The notes beneath the pieces were generated by a model, which saw nothing but the letters and a program-made list of their open reading frames with translations, did not search any database and was not told where the DNA came from. Made by a program: the position numbers and the translations under genes. Of a DNA stretch of 64,000 bases, positions 51,949 to 61,795 are shown piece by piece (position 1 is the first letter of the stretch; every line of letters begins with the position of its first letter). The DNA is taken from positions 1,227,774 to 1,291,773 of the forward strand of contig OZ243942.1 in NCBI GenBank assembly GCA_965214225.1, given 5' to 3'. The DNA is from Polyangiales bacterium (GTDB lineage Bacteria; Myxococcota_A; Polyangia; Polyangiales; CBDCBC01).

Positions 51949-53772
51949 TCACTCCACTGTCACCGTCTTGGCTAAGTTTCGAGGTTGATCCACATCCGTC
52001 CCCTTCATGTCCGCCACATGGTAGGCAAACAACTGCAAGGGGATCACCGAGAGAAAGGAGGAGAGAAGCGGATGGCTCCTCGGAATCCTGATCCCGTGAT
52101 CGATGTGGTTCATCTCTGTTGAACTACTGATGCCGACCGTAATCGCCTCCCGAGCCTGCACCTCAGCTAAGTTGCTCGCAGATTTCTCGAAGGTGTTGTC
52201 CTCAGGCATCACCATCAGCACAGGCAGGTGCCGATCCACCAGCGCGATCGGCCCGTGCTTCATCTCTCCCGCAGCGTACCCCTCCGCATGTATGTAAGAG
52301 ACCTCTTTCAGCTTTAGCGCCCCCTCTAAAGCTACTGGGAAGCTAAGGCCTCTACCCAAGAAGAAGACGTGTGGTGACTCGACCAGGACCTTCGCCAGCT
52401 CCTGCACGGGCGAGGCCACCATGGCCAAGGTTTCACGAACCAGTTGGGGAACACGAACAAGCTCGCGAGCAACAGCATGCGCTGACTCCAGGTCACCATC
52501 TCTGCTCTGCTCTGCCAGGCGCAACGCAAGCAGCAACAACGCCACCATTTGAACCGAAAAACATTTCGTAGAAGCCACTCCGATCTCAGGGCCTGCGTGG
52601 GTGTAGAAGGCTGCATGGCTTGCTCTTGGGATGGCGCTTCCATTCACATTGGCCACGGCCAGTACCAACGCTCCCTTCTCTCTCGCTACTTTGACCGCAT
52701 TCAGCGTATCCGACGTCTCTCCTGATTGGCTGACCGCCACCACAAGGTCGTCGGGTCCAACTACTGGATCGCGCGTGCGGAACTCGCTTGCAAGTTCAAC
52801 GCTCGCCGGAAGATGGCTGATACGCTCCACCCACCGCTGCCCAAGCATGGACGCATGGAAACTCGTGCCGCACGCGAGGAAAATAACGCGTCTGACTCCA
52901 CGAAGCTGAGCTTCCGAGAGACCAACTTCCTCCGCCACAACGATGCCTTCTTTCGGGTCCAGTCGCCCACGCAACGTATCCTCCAGGGCACGCGGCTGCT
53001 CATGGATCTCCTTGAGCATGAAATGCTTATAGCCTTCCTTCTCTGCCATCGAAGCTGACCAATGAATCTGCGTGGGTTGTCGCTCCACCTCTTCCAGCCG
53101 CTGATTTCGGATAATCACCCCGTCCGACGAGAGCTCAGCCAGATCACCGTCTTCGAGAAAAATCATTGACCGCGTCTGCGATAGCAAGGCAGGCACATCG
53201 CTGGCGCAGAAATGCTCGCCCTGTCCAGTCCCGAGCACAAGCGGCGAGCCTTGCTTTGCCACCACAATACGGTCGGGTGCGTGGGAGCTGACTACCGCAA
53301 TGGCGTACGCACCTATGACTTGGTCTAACGCGTGGGCCACGGCTTCTAAGAGCGTGCGACCGTCGCTGAGCGCCGAATCGATCAGGTGCGCGACGATCTC
53401 AGTATCTGTGTCACTGCTGGGTTTCCGTCCGCCTTTGACGAGCAACTGCCGCAGGCTCGCGTGATTTTCGATGATGCCGTTATGCACCACGGCGGTGCCA
53501 TGAACAACATGGGGATGTGCATTGGGCTCTGACGGTCGCCCGTGTGTAGCCCAGCGGGTGTGCCCGATGCCGATGCTGCCTCGAACCGGACGTTGCTCAA
53601 GAGCCCGACTTAGGTTCGAGAGCTTGCCCACGGCGCGAACAACTTGAACCTCATGGTCTGCCATCACAGCCACGCCGGCGGAGTCGTAACCGCGGTACTC
53701 CAACCGTCGCAACCCGTCCATGAGGATTTCAACGCTGTCACGCGACCCCACGTATCCGACGATGCCACACAT
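51949..53772 (-). CDS. glmS: Glutamine--fructose-6-phosphate transaminase (isomerizing)
   Basis: MCGIVG, LEYRGYDSAG, HTRWATHG, SQSGET, VASTK, EGALKLKE, PRNLAKTVTVE. Confidence 0.99.
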   Translation of the reverse strand: MCGIVGYVGSRDSVEILMDGLRRLEYRGYDSAGVAVMADHEVQVVRAVGKLSNLSRALEQRPVRGSIGIGHTRWATHGRPSEPNAHPHVVHGTAVVHNGIIENHASLRQLLVKGGRKPSSDTDTEIVAHLIDSALSDGRTLLEAVAHALDQVIGAYAIAVVSSHAPDRIVVAKQGSPLVLGTGQGEHFCASDVPALLSQTRSMIFLEDGDLAELSSDGVIIRNQRLEEVERQPTQIHWSASMAEKEGYKHFMLKEIHEQPRALEDTLRGRLDPKEGIVVAEEVGLSEAQLRGVRRVIFLACGTSFHASMLGQRWVERISHLPASVELASEFRTRDPVVGPDDLVVAVSQSGETSDTLNAVKVAREKGALVLAVANVNGSAIPRASHAAFYTHAGPEIGVASTKCFSVQMVALLLLALRLAEQSRDGDLESAHAVARELVRVPQLVRETLAMVASPVQELAKVLVESPHVFFLGRGLSFPVALEGALKLKEVSYIHAEGYAAGEMKHGPIALVDRHLPVLMVMPEDNTFEKSASNLAEVQAREAITVGISSSTEMNHIDHGIRIPRSHPLLSSFLSVIPLQLFAYHVADMKGTDVDQPRNLAKTVTVE

Positions 53773-53774
53773 CG

Positions 53775-55262
53775 TTAGCTGCCCGCTTTGACTACGTCGT
53801 ACTCTCCGAACTCTGCGAGCGACTCTTTGATCTTACTCAGGTCTCCTACGATCACGATGAGCGAAGACTGGGGTCGGATGTACGCGTCCGCTGCCGCATG
53901 GGCACCATCGGCCTCCACCGTGCGGATCTGCGACCGGAACGTCTCCCAATAGTCGTCCGGAAGGCCGAACACGCGAAGGTCTGCAACCATCGATGTGATG
54001 CGCTGCGCCGTTTCAATCTGAAGAGAAAACGAATCGCTAAGATACTGCTTCGCCTCCTGAAGTTCTTTCGGCGGGACTTTCTCCTCACGGATGCGATCCA
54101 AATGTTCAAGGAACGCCTGAAGCGCTTCCGCCGTGACTTCCGTCCGCACCGAGGCACGCGCAACAAAAGGTGCCTGGTCAACCCTAGCGCCGACCGAACT
54201 GTACGCCCCGTAGGTCAGACTTCTCTTCTCCCGGAGGTCCATGAAGAGCCGTGATGCCGCTGAACCGCCAAGAATCTGGTTTGCCACCTTAAGTGGAACG
54301 TAGTCCGGGTTTCGCCGGTTCAAAGCGAGGTTTCCGATCGTGATCACCGACTGCACCGAGCCGGGTCGGTCCACTACCACCATCTCCCGCTTCTCACGCT
54401 CCTTGGGCAGAGCTGGCTGAAAAGCGCCCTTCGTAGCTTTCGCTGACGCAGCCTCCCAATCTCCAAATCGCTTTTGCACGGAGGCTTCGAGCGCCACGCC
54501 TTTTAGGTCGCCAACAGCCACGAAGAAGGCATTGCCCGGAAGCATATGCTGCTGATGCCAACTCTTGAGATCGCGGACGTTGATCTTCTTGACCACCTTT
54601 CGCGTCGTGTCGACGTGTGCGTAGGGATGGTCCTGGTAGAGCCGCTGATAGAAGGTGCGGGCCGCCAGAAAGTTTGGGTCCTTTTCTTCAAGCGCCAGCC
54701 GGTCAAGCTCACGCTGCTTGAGCTTCTTTAGCTCAGCGTTGGGAAAAGCCGGCCGAAGAGCCACCTCCGCAAGCAGCGAGAGCGCCTCATCGAAATGGTC
54801 CTTCGTCGCCTTAATGCTGATGGACGTCGCATCGGCATCGCTCTCCACGCTGAGGTCCGCGCCGATGCGTTCCACGGCCTGCGCAAGTTCGGCACTGCTG
54901 TACTGCGTGGTGCCCTCCTTCATCATCCGAGCCGTCAGCATGGCCACACCAGGCATGCCCTTTGGATCGTCAGCTCTGCCGGAGTGAAGTACCAGGAGGA
55001 GGTGCACGATCGGCAACTTGCCAAGTGAGACTGCATTGACTTCGAAGCCGTTGCTTAGCTTGGTGCGCTTGATTGGCGGAAGCTTCACATCCTTGGGCTT
55101 CCCAAGCGGAGCTGGAGGCGAAACATAAGCCGGTTGAGCCTTGCCTTCCGCAGCCGACGGACTCTTCGTGCGTTTCTTCTGCGAGCCACCGCACGCTACA
55201 GCAAGTGAGAGCACAAGCGCATGCGCAGCAAGCGCTACACGCGGCATCTTCGTCATTCTCAT
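53775..55262 (-). CDS. M16B peptidase, non-catalytic (beta-type) subunit, lipoprotein
   Basis: LAVAC lipobox; insulinase folds; LGG..ASRLF.DLREKR.LTYG; no HxxEH. Confidence 0.9.
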   Translation of the reverse strand: MRMTKMPRVALAAHALVLSLAVACGGSQKKRTKSPSAAEGKAQPAYVSPPAPLGKPKDVKLPPIKRTKLSNGFEVNAVSLGKLPIVHLLLVLHSGRADDPKGMPGVAMLTARMMKEGTTQYSSAELAQAVERIGADLSVESDADATSISIKATKDHFDEALSLLAEVALRPAFPNAELKKLKQRELDRLALEEKDPNFLAARTFYQRLYQDHPYAHVDTTRKVVKKINVRDLKSWHQQHMLPGNAFFVAVGDLKGVALEASVQKRFGDWEAASAKATKGAFQPALPKEREKREMVVVDRPGSVQSVITIGNLALNRRNPDYVPLKVANQILGGSAASRLFMDLREKRSLTYGAYSSVGARVDQAPFVARASVRTEVTAEALQAFLEHLDRIREEKVPPKELQEAKQYLSDSFSLQIETAQRITSMVADLRVFGLPDDYWETFRSQIRTVEADGAHAAADAYIRPQSSLIVIVGDLSKIKESLAEFGEYDVVKAGS

Positions 55263-56827
55263 CTATTTTGCTCCCTTAGCTGACCCGTTTTGTCCAGACT
55301 TCGTTTCTGACGGATTGGAGGCCTTGCCGCCCTGCTTCGCGGCGGATGCCTCCTTGGAAGGCGGCACCACATCCTTGGAAGGTGGAAGCATATCCTTGGA
55401 AGGTGGAACCACGTCGAGCACCGTACGCCGATCGTCACCAAAATATTCTTTGGCTACGCGCCGTACATCTTCTTTCGTCACATCGAGGTACCGCTGCGGC
55501 TCCAACTTGAGCAGGTTAGCGTTGCCCCAGTAGAGCTCGAACTCCCCGAGCTGCTCGGCCCGCGCAAGATTAGACTCCAGGCCAAACACGAAGAAGGAAC
55601 GCACCAGGTTGTGCGCCTTCTCCAACTCGACGTCGGAAATGCCTTCCTGGGCTACCCGTTCAAGCTCCTTGTAAATGTAGGCTCGGGCTTTGTCTGCATC
55701 ACCTGCCGACGCAAGCACACCCCAGAAGGAAAACAGATCGGGCCCACGACGGTCGTCGGTCCCGACGCTGATGTCTTGAAGCCACGGACGCTCCTTAACT
55801 AGCGCTTGATAGAGGCGCGACGATTCGCCATAGCCGAGCACCACCGCTAGGAGCTCGAGTGGGTAGTGGTCTTCCGTCCGGCTCCTTGGAATGGGGTAGG
55901 CGAGGTGGAATGCCGGGAGCTGCGCGTTGGGATCAACCATCTTCTCGTAGCGCTCTGCCTTCTGAGGCTTAAGCTTAGGGGGCGTATATTGTGGTGTGTT
56001 GCCTCGGGGAATGCTCCCGAAGTACCTCTGAACAAGTTCAATCGCCGTGTCTCGTTCGAAGTCGCCCACGATGCTCAGCACGGCGTTGTTAGGAGCGTAG
56101 TACGCGTTGAAAAAGGCTTTGACTGCAGACAGCGGCGCACGCTGAAGATCTTGCATATCGCCGATGGTTGAGTGGGCGTAGGGCCAATAGTCGCCATACG
56201 CGAGCTCGTTGATGCGCAACATCGATGCCATGTACGGCCGGTTATCGTAGCTCTGTCGACGCTCCTCCATCACCGTTTGTCGTTGGTTTTCAAAGTTTTC
56301 TTGCGTGATGTTCAGTGCCCGCATGCGGTCGGCTTCAAGCCAAAGCCCCAAGGGCAGCTCGTGGCTTGGGAGCGTCTCGTAGTAGTTTGTGCGGTCGCTG
56401 CTCGTCGTCCCGTTCATGCTGCCGCCGCGCACAGTGATGAGACGGAAGTGCTCGCCCTTCGGAACGTGCGCCGATCCCTGAAACATCATATGCTCGAAAA
56501 GGTGCGCAAAGCCGGAGCGTCCTGGTTGCTCGTTGCGCGAACCGACATCGTAGTAAACGGCCACAGCGACCGTGGGTACGGTGTGGTCCTCGCTCAGCAC
56601 CACCCGAAGGCCATTTTTGAGCGTGAGCCTGGTCACAGCAATCGACGAGAGCGGCAGCGAAGAGCCTGCACCCTTAGACTGGCCTGCACCCTTAGATTGC
56701 CCTGCAGTTTGCGCAGCCGCCCGGCCGGCTAGGAACCCAAACCCATTCCACGTGACTGTGGCGCCAGCTGCGGTTGCCAAGCCACATAGCAGAAGCAGCA
56801 GATTCATCCGCAGTTGAGACAACATGA
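55263..56827 (-). CDS. M16B zinc peptidase, catalytic subunit
   Basis: YDVGSRNE..GRSGFAHLFEHMMFQGS (HxxEH), NGTTS.DRTNYYE; start uncertain (56827 or 56809). Confidence 0.93.
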
Positions 56828-57120
56828 TCAAGGCTCTCCTCAACTCTACCTTCCTCTCTTTGCCTTGCCATGAGTTGGACCGCTCCAATCCCTTCTGAGA
56901 GAACGAGCTCTTCGTAAAGAGCGCCTCATGGCTATCCTTAGCTATCCGCGTGGAGGCTAAAGCACACATTTGTTCCTGCACCCTCTTCTCAAACATAATG
57001 AGGCCTCACTCCAGCAACCGCGTTTGAATGCGCTCTAAGATGAGAAACTGACTTTCCTAGGATCGTCACCTTCGCCGCCATGTCAACCGGAGGCTGACAC
57101 CTCCAGCGCCTCCTGAGCTC

Positions 57121-57334
57121 CTAAGCGTCCGACCAATGGGTAAGCGTTCAGGTCCCCTCTGGGCAGTAGAAAACCACCGGGATCGTAGGAGTGAAACGAC
57201 GAGCAACGGTGTTGGTGGTCGACTACGTCTCCTGCGATCCCAGCGCTCGGATCAGAAAAAGCCTCGAAAACCGCATGTTAGGGTACCTGAACGTTTACAC
57301 CAAGGGCACGTCGATAGCATTGCGCCTCGCTTAG
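57121..57334 (+). ncRNA. Candidate 6S-like (SsrS-like) long-hairpin RNA
   Basis: Closing stem TAAGCGTTCAGG/CCTGAACGTTTA, asymmetric central bubble, inner stem GGGATCGTAGGAG/CTCCTGCGATCCC, apical stem; G-U wobbles favour the + strand. Confidence 0.45.
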
Positions 57335-57412
57335 TACACACGGCTTAGTGCACACGGCGTAGTGCACCCGCGCTATGGCAGCTGCTCCTACCGAGCACTA
57401 TATCTTCCCAGG

Positions 57413-58696
57413 ATGATGACCGGAGCTGTGGTTTGTATTGGACGTGAGCTTCTACGGGGTGAGCTCATCGACACCAATGGTGCGTGGCTCGCCGAGAGGC
57501 TCACCACCCTAGGCTACGACGTCAGGGAACTCGCCACGGTGGACGACCACGTTGACCAAATCGAGCAGACCTTGCGGCGGCTGCAGCACCACGCGCTGCT
57601 GATCTGCACAGGGGGCCTGGGCCCCACAACGGACGACCTGACCCGCCGGTCGGTCGCCCAGCTTCTCGATGTTCCGCTCGTCACGGAGGAGAGGGTGCGT
57701 GCGCAGATTGAGCAACGCTACGCAGCGCGTGGAATGAAGATGCCCACCATCAACGCAAGGCAAGCCGAGCGACCCGAGGGCACCGAGCTTCTGGACAACC
57801 GGCGAGGCACAGCACCGGGCTTTCGATGCATCACGGCAGGGGGCCAGTTGGTATGTCTTCCTGGTGTGCCCCACGAGATGAAGGCCATGTTCGAACGTCA
57901 CGTTGCCGACAGGATGTCTCATAGCGGCACGCGCAGCGTGCAGGTGCAGCTTCGCACGTACGGCATGACCGAGTCCGCCGTAGCCGCGGCTTTAGAACCC
58001 CTCGGACTGGAGCAAGCAGAGTGGGCTGCCAATGCCGAAGGCAAACCCGCAGTGACCGTCGCTTACCGAGCCAGCTTTCCAGAGATCTTGGTGAAGCTGC
58101 TCGCCAAGGGACCGTCCATCTCCCATGCGCAAGCCCTCGCCGAACGGGCCGCTCAGAAAGCCTCCGATGCTCTCGGCGATGCCGTCTACGGCTCCGGGGA
58201 CGCGTCACTTGCCGAAGTAACCATTGCCGCGCTGCAGAAGAAGAAGTTGAGGCTGGCAGTAGCCGAGTCGTGCACCGGGGGCCGCATCGCCGCCGCCATC
58301 ACAGCCGTACCCGGCTCGTCCGCCGTTACCCAGGGAGGCATCGTGGCCTACGCCAACCAGGCAAAGGTGGACCTGCTTGGAGTTGACGCGGAGTTGATCG
58401 CGTCGCACGGGGCCGTGAGTGCAGCGGTGGCCAAAGCCATGGCCGAATGCGTCTTGCGCAGACTTGAAGCAGACGTGGCTCTCTCGGTCACGGGCATCTC
58501 AGGGCCAGGCGGCGGTTCAGAGAGCAAACCAGTCGGCACCACATTTCTGGCGCTGGCAGACCGAAGCGCAGAAACCCAGGTGGAACAGCACGTGTTCCCT
58601 TGGGACCGCGCTCGCAACCAACAAGCGGCCACTTGGACGGCACTCAACATGTTGCGGATGAGTCTCCGCGGAGGGGCGAGCACCCACACTCCGTAG
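57413..58696 (+). CDS. cinA: CinA: molybdopterin-binding-like domain plus PncC NMN deamidase
   Basis: ELLRG..IDTNGAWLA, TGGLGPTTDDLT, GTAPG, LPGVP.EM, AESCTGG, HGAVS, TGISGPGGG. Confidence 0.94.
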   Translation: MMTGAVVCIGRELLRGELIDTNGAWLAERLTTLGYDVRELATVDDHVDQIEQTLRRLQHHALLICTGGLGPTTDDLTRRSVAQLLDVPLVTEERVRAQIEQRYAARGMKMPTINARQAERPEGTELLDNRRGTAPGFRCITAGGQLVCLPGVPHEMKAMFERHVADRMSHSGTRSVQVQLRTYGMTESAVAAALEPLGLEQAEWAANAEGKPAVTVAYRASFPEILVKLLAKGPSISHAQALAERAAQKASDALGDAVYGSGDASLAEVTIAALQKKKLRLAVAESCTGGRIAAAITAVPGSSAVTQGGIVAYANQAKVDLLGVDAELIASHGAVSAAVAKAMAECVLRRLEADVALSVTGISGPGGGSESKPVGTTFLALADRSAETQVEQHVFPWDRARNQQAATWTALNMLRMSLRGGASTHTP

Positions 58697-58746
58697 CTGG
58701 TCCGTAGCTGGTCCGTAGCTGGTCCGTAGCTGGTACGTGGCTGGTA
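58691..58746. repeat. 11-bp tandem repeat containing the cinA stop codon
   Basis: CCGTAGCTGGT x4 then ACGTGGCTGGT-like units. Confidence 0.9.
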
Positions 58747-59182
58747 CGTGGCTGTTCGACCAGTAAGTTACCGGTGGATTGCCGCCAGGGCGCCCGTAGC
58801 AACAAGTGGCGAAGCAGCCATTGAAGTAGGCGGCGATTCAACCTGGATGACCGAACCCACGGCGGGCTTAGCAGCGAGCGTGTCGCACCATGCACCTCAA
58901 GTTAGCGTTCCCCCAAGCCTATGCGGCTTTCGGGGGTGTTTCAGCATCGAGCGCGCCCACATGGCTAGGAGGCGTGCACTTCTGTGCGTAACGACGACGC
59001 CAGAGGACGAGAGCCGATTCTGGAACATCCTCGGAAGCCTTGATTTTTACGCCTCGAGGGGGAGCTGAACACGTACCACCTCAAGCCCTGCCGTAGCTCT
59101 AGGTTTCGCCGGTGCAGCGCCAGCAATCCTAGGATGTCACGATGACAAGACTTATGCCGTATGCCATAACTAAACTGAGAGA

Positions 59183-60088
59183 CTAGAGCGGCGGGTGCAC
59201 GCCGTGCGATTCGCCTGCTTCAGGCTCCCGAACCTTTGGACTTAATCGCCCCGTCAATGCGGTGTGAAGCTCGGCTAGCGGAAGCGCAACTTCGCCTGCG
59301 GAGTCCGGCGGAGGCAGCATACCCGTCTCAACGGGCGGCCCCTCCAAAGGAGCGGCTTGCGCCGGTGCCGCTGCCACTGTGTGGACCGTACCAGACAGAG
59401 CGTTGTTGAGCGGCCGCACAGCGTAATGTGTTGGCGCCACGCCGTTAATGCTGAATGGCACCGACTGACCGGCGCGATTGCGGACCACGAGATGCAGATG
59501 CTTGGCTGTGGCGTTGCCGGTAGCCCCTTCGTACCCGATCAATGTGCCAGCATCGACCTTCGTTCCTACCTTGAGGAGCGGGCTGAACTCACCCAAGTGG
59601 GCGTAGGTGGTGGTGAAACGATCCTCACCGCGGGTGGTGGTCACGTGCACCCGGTTACCAAGAGCCGCTGCGGTGTCAGGGTCACGTCCATCGGCGGGAC
59701 TCCAAGCGCGAATAGATGTCACTGTGCCCTCCATCACCGCGCTCACCGGCACATTGGTGCAGCCACTCGCTTCGCACCAACTGACTAGATCAACTGCATA
59801 TTCGCTTCTGTACTTGGCAACGTGGGTGTTTCGATTCCATCCCATCGTCACGAATGCATCCCGCACAGGCGAAACAAGGTCGAGCGTCGGTGTGGGTGCA
59901 GCAGCAGGCGTTTCGGTGTTCGAGGCAGCCTGCGCCTGCTCACGCGTCGCCTGACCTTGCCCCTGGCAACCCAAAGACAGCCCGCAGATCATCAGCGCCG
60001 CCGGGAAAGAGGTTCTTCGAAAGGGTGTTAGAGCGTTCAACATTGCTGCCACGTAGCGAATTAAAGCAAAAGCCATACCCACGCCCAT
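59183..60088 (-). CDS. M23 family metallopeptidase (putative lipoprotein)
   Basis: LSLGC lipobox-like; H...YAVD, YAHL, G..IGYEG.TG.AT..HLH. Confidence 0.85.
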   Translation of the reverse strand: MGVGMAFALIRYVAAMLNALTPFRRTSFPAALMICGLSLGCQGQGQATREQAQAASNTETPAAAPTPTLDLVSPVRDAFVTMGWNRNTHVAKYRSEYAVDLVSWCEASGCTNVPVSAVMEGTVTSIRAWSPADGRDPDTAAALGNRVHVTTTRGEDRFTTTYAHLGEFSPLLKVGTKVDAGTLIGYEGATGNATAKHLHLVVRNRAGQSVPFSINGVAPTHYAVRPLNNALSGTVHTVAAAPAQAAPLEGPPVETGMLPPPDSAGEVALPLAELHTALTGRLSPKVREPEAGESHGVHPPL

Positions 60089-60424
60089 CGGGCATGCATG
60101 CCTAAAAAGCCCTTCCCTTTTCTGGGTATCACTCGTCGCTACGCCAACTTAGTTGTCAAATCCGTATCGCGGGAGGGCCTAGCCTTCTCGTGCTGGAGAC
60201 AATGGACCTCGCCTAGCCTCCACACCCTGTCACCCTGTCACTCCGTCGCGCTTGTCGCCTCCGAATGCCCCTGAGACGCGACGTGAAGCGCTCTTACTCG
60301 AATAGGCGCCACGGCGCGCACGTCTAAACCGCCTGCGGACGGCGTAACATGCTGTGCTGCAAGCGGCTGGCTGGCCTTCGGGCACGAACCGTACTAAGCC
60401 TGGCGCAGCACCCCAAGGAGAACG

Positions 60425-61273
60425 ATGCATAAGATCACCCTATTCACAACGGTTGCGGCATCGGCCGCGTGGCTTGGAGCAGCTCAGGGCGCGAACGCGC
60501 AAGGCCTGGCCTCCTGTGAGGATATCCATGTCGAAGCAGGCGCAGAATGCGTTGTGGAGCCACCCGGCCTGGAATGCGAAGCGCAGTGCGAACCCTTCCG
60601 CGTGGAAGCTGCATGTGCAGCCGACCTCTATGCAAGCTGCCAAGGCGCGTGCAATGCTGACATTGACGTCGAAGTTCCGCAGTGCTCCGCCGAGTGCGTA
60701 GCTGAGTGTGAAGTCGATCCAGGGAAGTTCGATTGCCGCGCTTCCTGCCAAGCGAACTGCTCAGCCGATTGCTCGGCGCGGTGCTCCGGCAGGGCTGACG
60801 GCAGCGGCGCCGAAGGCGAGTGCGAGGCCTCATGTCGGTCCACGTGCGCCGGATCGTGCGAAGGGTCGTGTGAAATAGCACCGCCGAGTGCGAGCTGCGA
60901 TGCCAAGTGTGAGGCCGCTTGCACTGGTGAGCTGCGAGCGGAAGCCAACATCGACTGCCAAGTCGACTGCCAGGCCGGTGGGTACGCGGAGTGTAAGGCC
61001 ACTGTCACGGGTGGCTGCGAAGCTGATTGCCAGACGCAGGAGGGAGCACTGTTTTGCGAGGGGCAATATATCGACCACGGAAGCAACCTGGAGCAATGCA
61101 TCGACGCGTTGCAAAACCTCGAAGTGGAAGTGGAGTACCAGGCGGAAGCCAACGCCTCAGCAAGCGGCTCGGCATCGTGCGCGGTAACCGACAGCAGAGA
61201 GTCGCGCTCGCTGACGGGTTGGTTCCTTCTGGCTTTAGGCGGACTGCTCTACCGACGGCAGCGGCGCCAGTAG
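60425..61273 (+). CDS. Cys-rich secreted protein with a MYXO-CTERM-like anchor
   Basis: Signal peptide; many C-x3-C repeats; C-terminal SCAV...WFLLALGGLLYRRQRRQ. Confidence 0.8.
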   Translation: MHKITLFTTVAASAAWLGAAQGANAQGLASCEDIHVEAGAECVVEPPGLECEAQCEPFRVEAACAADLYASCQGACNADIDVEVPQCSAECVAECEVDPGKFDCRASCQANCSADCSARCSGRADGSGAEGECEASCRSTCAGSCEGSCEIAPPSASCDAKCEAACTGELRAEANIDCQVDCQAGGYAECKATVTGGCEADCQTQEGALFCEGQYIDHGSNLEQCIDALQNLEVEVEYQAEANASASGSASCAVTDSRESRSLTGWFLLALGGLLYRRQRRQ

Positions 61274-61353
61274 GCCGGCAGCGGCGCCAGTAGGCCGGCA
61301 GCGGCGCCAGTAGGCCGGCAGCGGCGCCAGTAGGCCGGCAACGGCGCCAGTAG
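61256..61353. repeat. 20-bp tandem repeat x5 containing the stop codon of the Cys-rich gene
   Basis: CGGCAGCGGCGCCAGTAGGC x4 plus a variant. Confidence 0.95.
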
Positions 61354-61413
61354 AAGGCGGTGAGGTGGCTGGCCTTAGCCGCCTCACCGCCCTCATCGCG
61401 CACCGCGCGCTAC

Positions 61414-61493
61414 TACTACCAAGCTCAGATACTACCGAGCTCAGATACTACCGAGCTCAAATACTACCGAGCTCAAATACTACCGAGCTTAGA
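61414..61493. repeat. 16-bp tandem repeat x5
   Basis: TACTACCGAGCTCA(G/A)A-like units. Confidence 0.92.
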
Positions 61494-61693
61494 GGCCATC
61501 AGCGGCGCCTCGAGGCGCCCTAGCCCAGCCCGGCGCAGTCAGACCGACAAGCGTGTGAACGCACGCCGCAAGCCTTCTGCCGCGGCCGGCTTCATCCTTT
61601 ACAAAGCGCATCCGCGACCGACTCCCTGCGTGCCGAAGCTCACCTGCGATCTCCATCTCGCTCAATCCAGCCAGCCGAAGTGAAGGCAGGCAA

Positions 61694-61775
61694 GGGGACG
61701 CGCGTCAACCTTGTCAACCGTCACAGCAACAGTCAGCCACAACTCCGGCGGTTGACAAGGTTGACACGCGTCCCC
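61694..61775. repeat. 27-bp inverted repeat (one mismatch) with a 28-nt spacer
   Basis: GGGGACGCGCGTCAACCTTGTCAACCG ... CGGTTGACAAGGTTGACACGCGTCCCC. Confidence 0.9.
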
Positions 61776-61795
61776 GTCTCTCCCCCGTCTCTCAC

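Noticed and set aside
57046-57060. RNase P signature AGGAAAGTC on the minus strand
   Set aside because: It would run into the M16 CDS, and the other RNase P conserved elements are absent.
58909-58936. Hairpin CCCCC-AAGCC-TATGC-GGCTT-TC-GGGGG as a terminator
   Set aside because: No U-tract and about 200 bp from either convergent gene end; a chance hairpin is plausible in GC-rich DNA.
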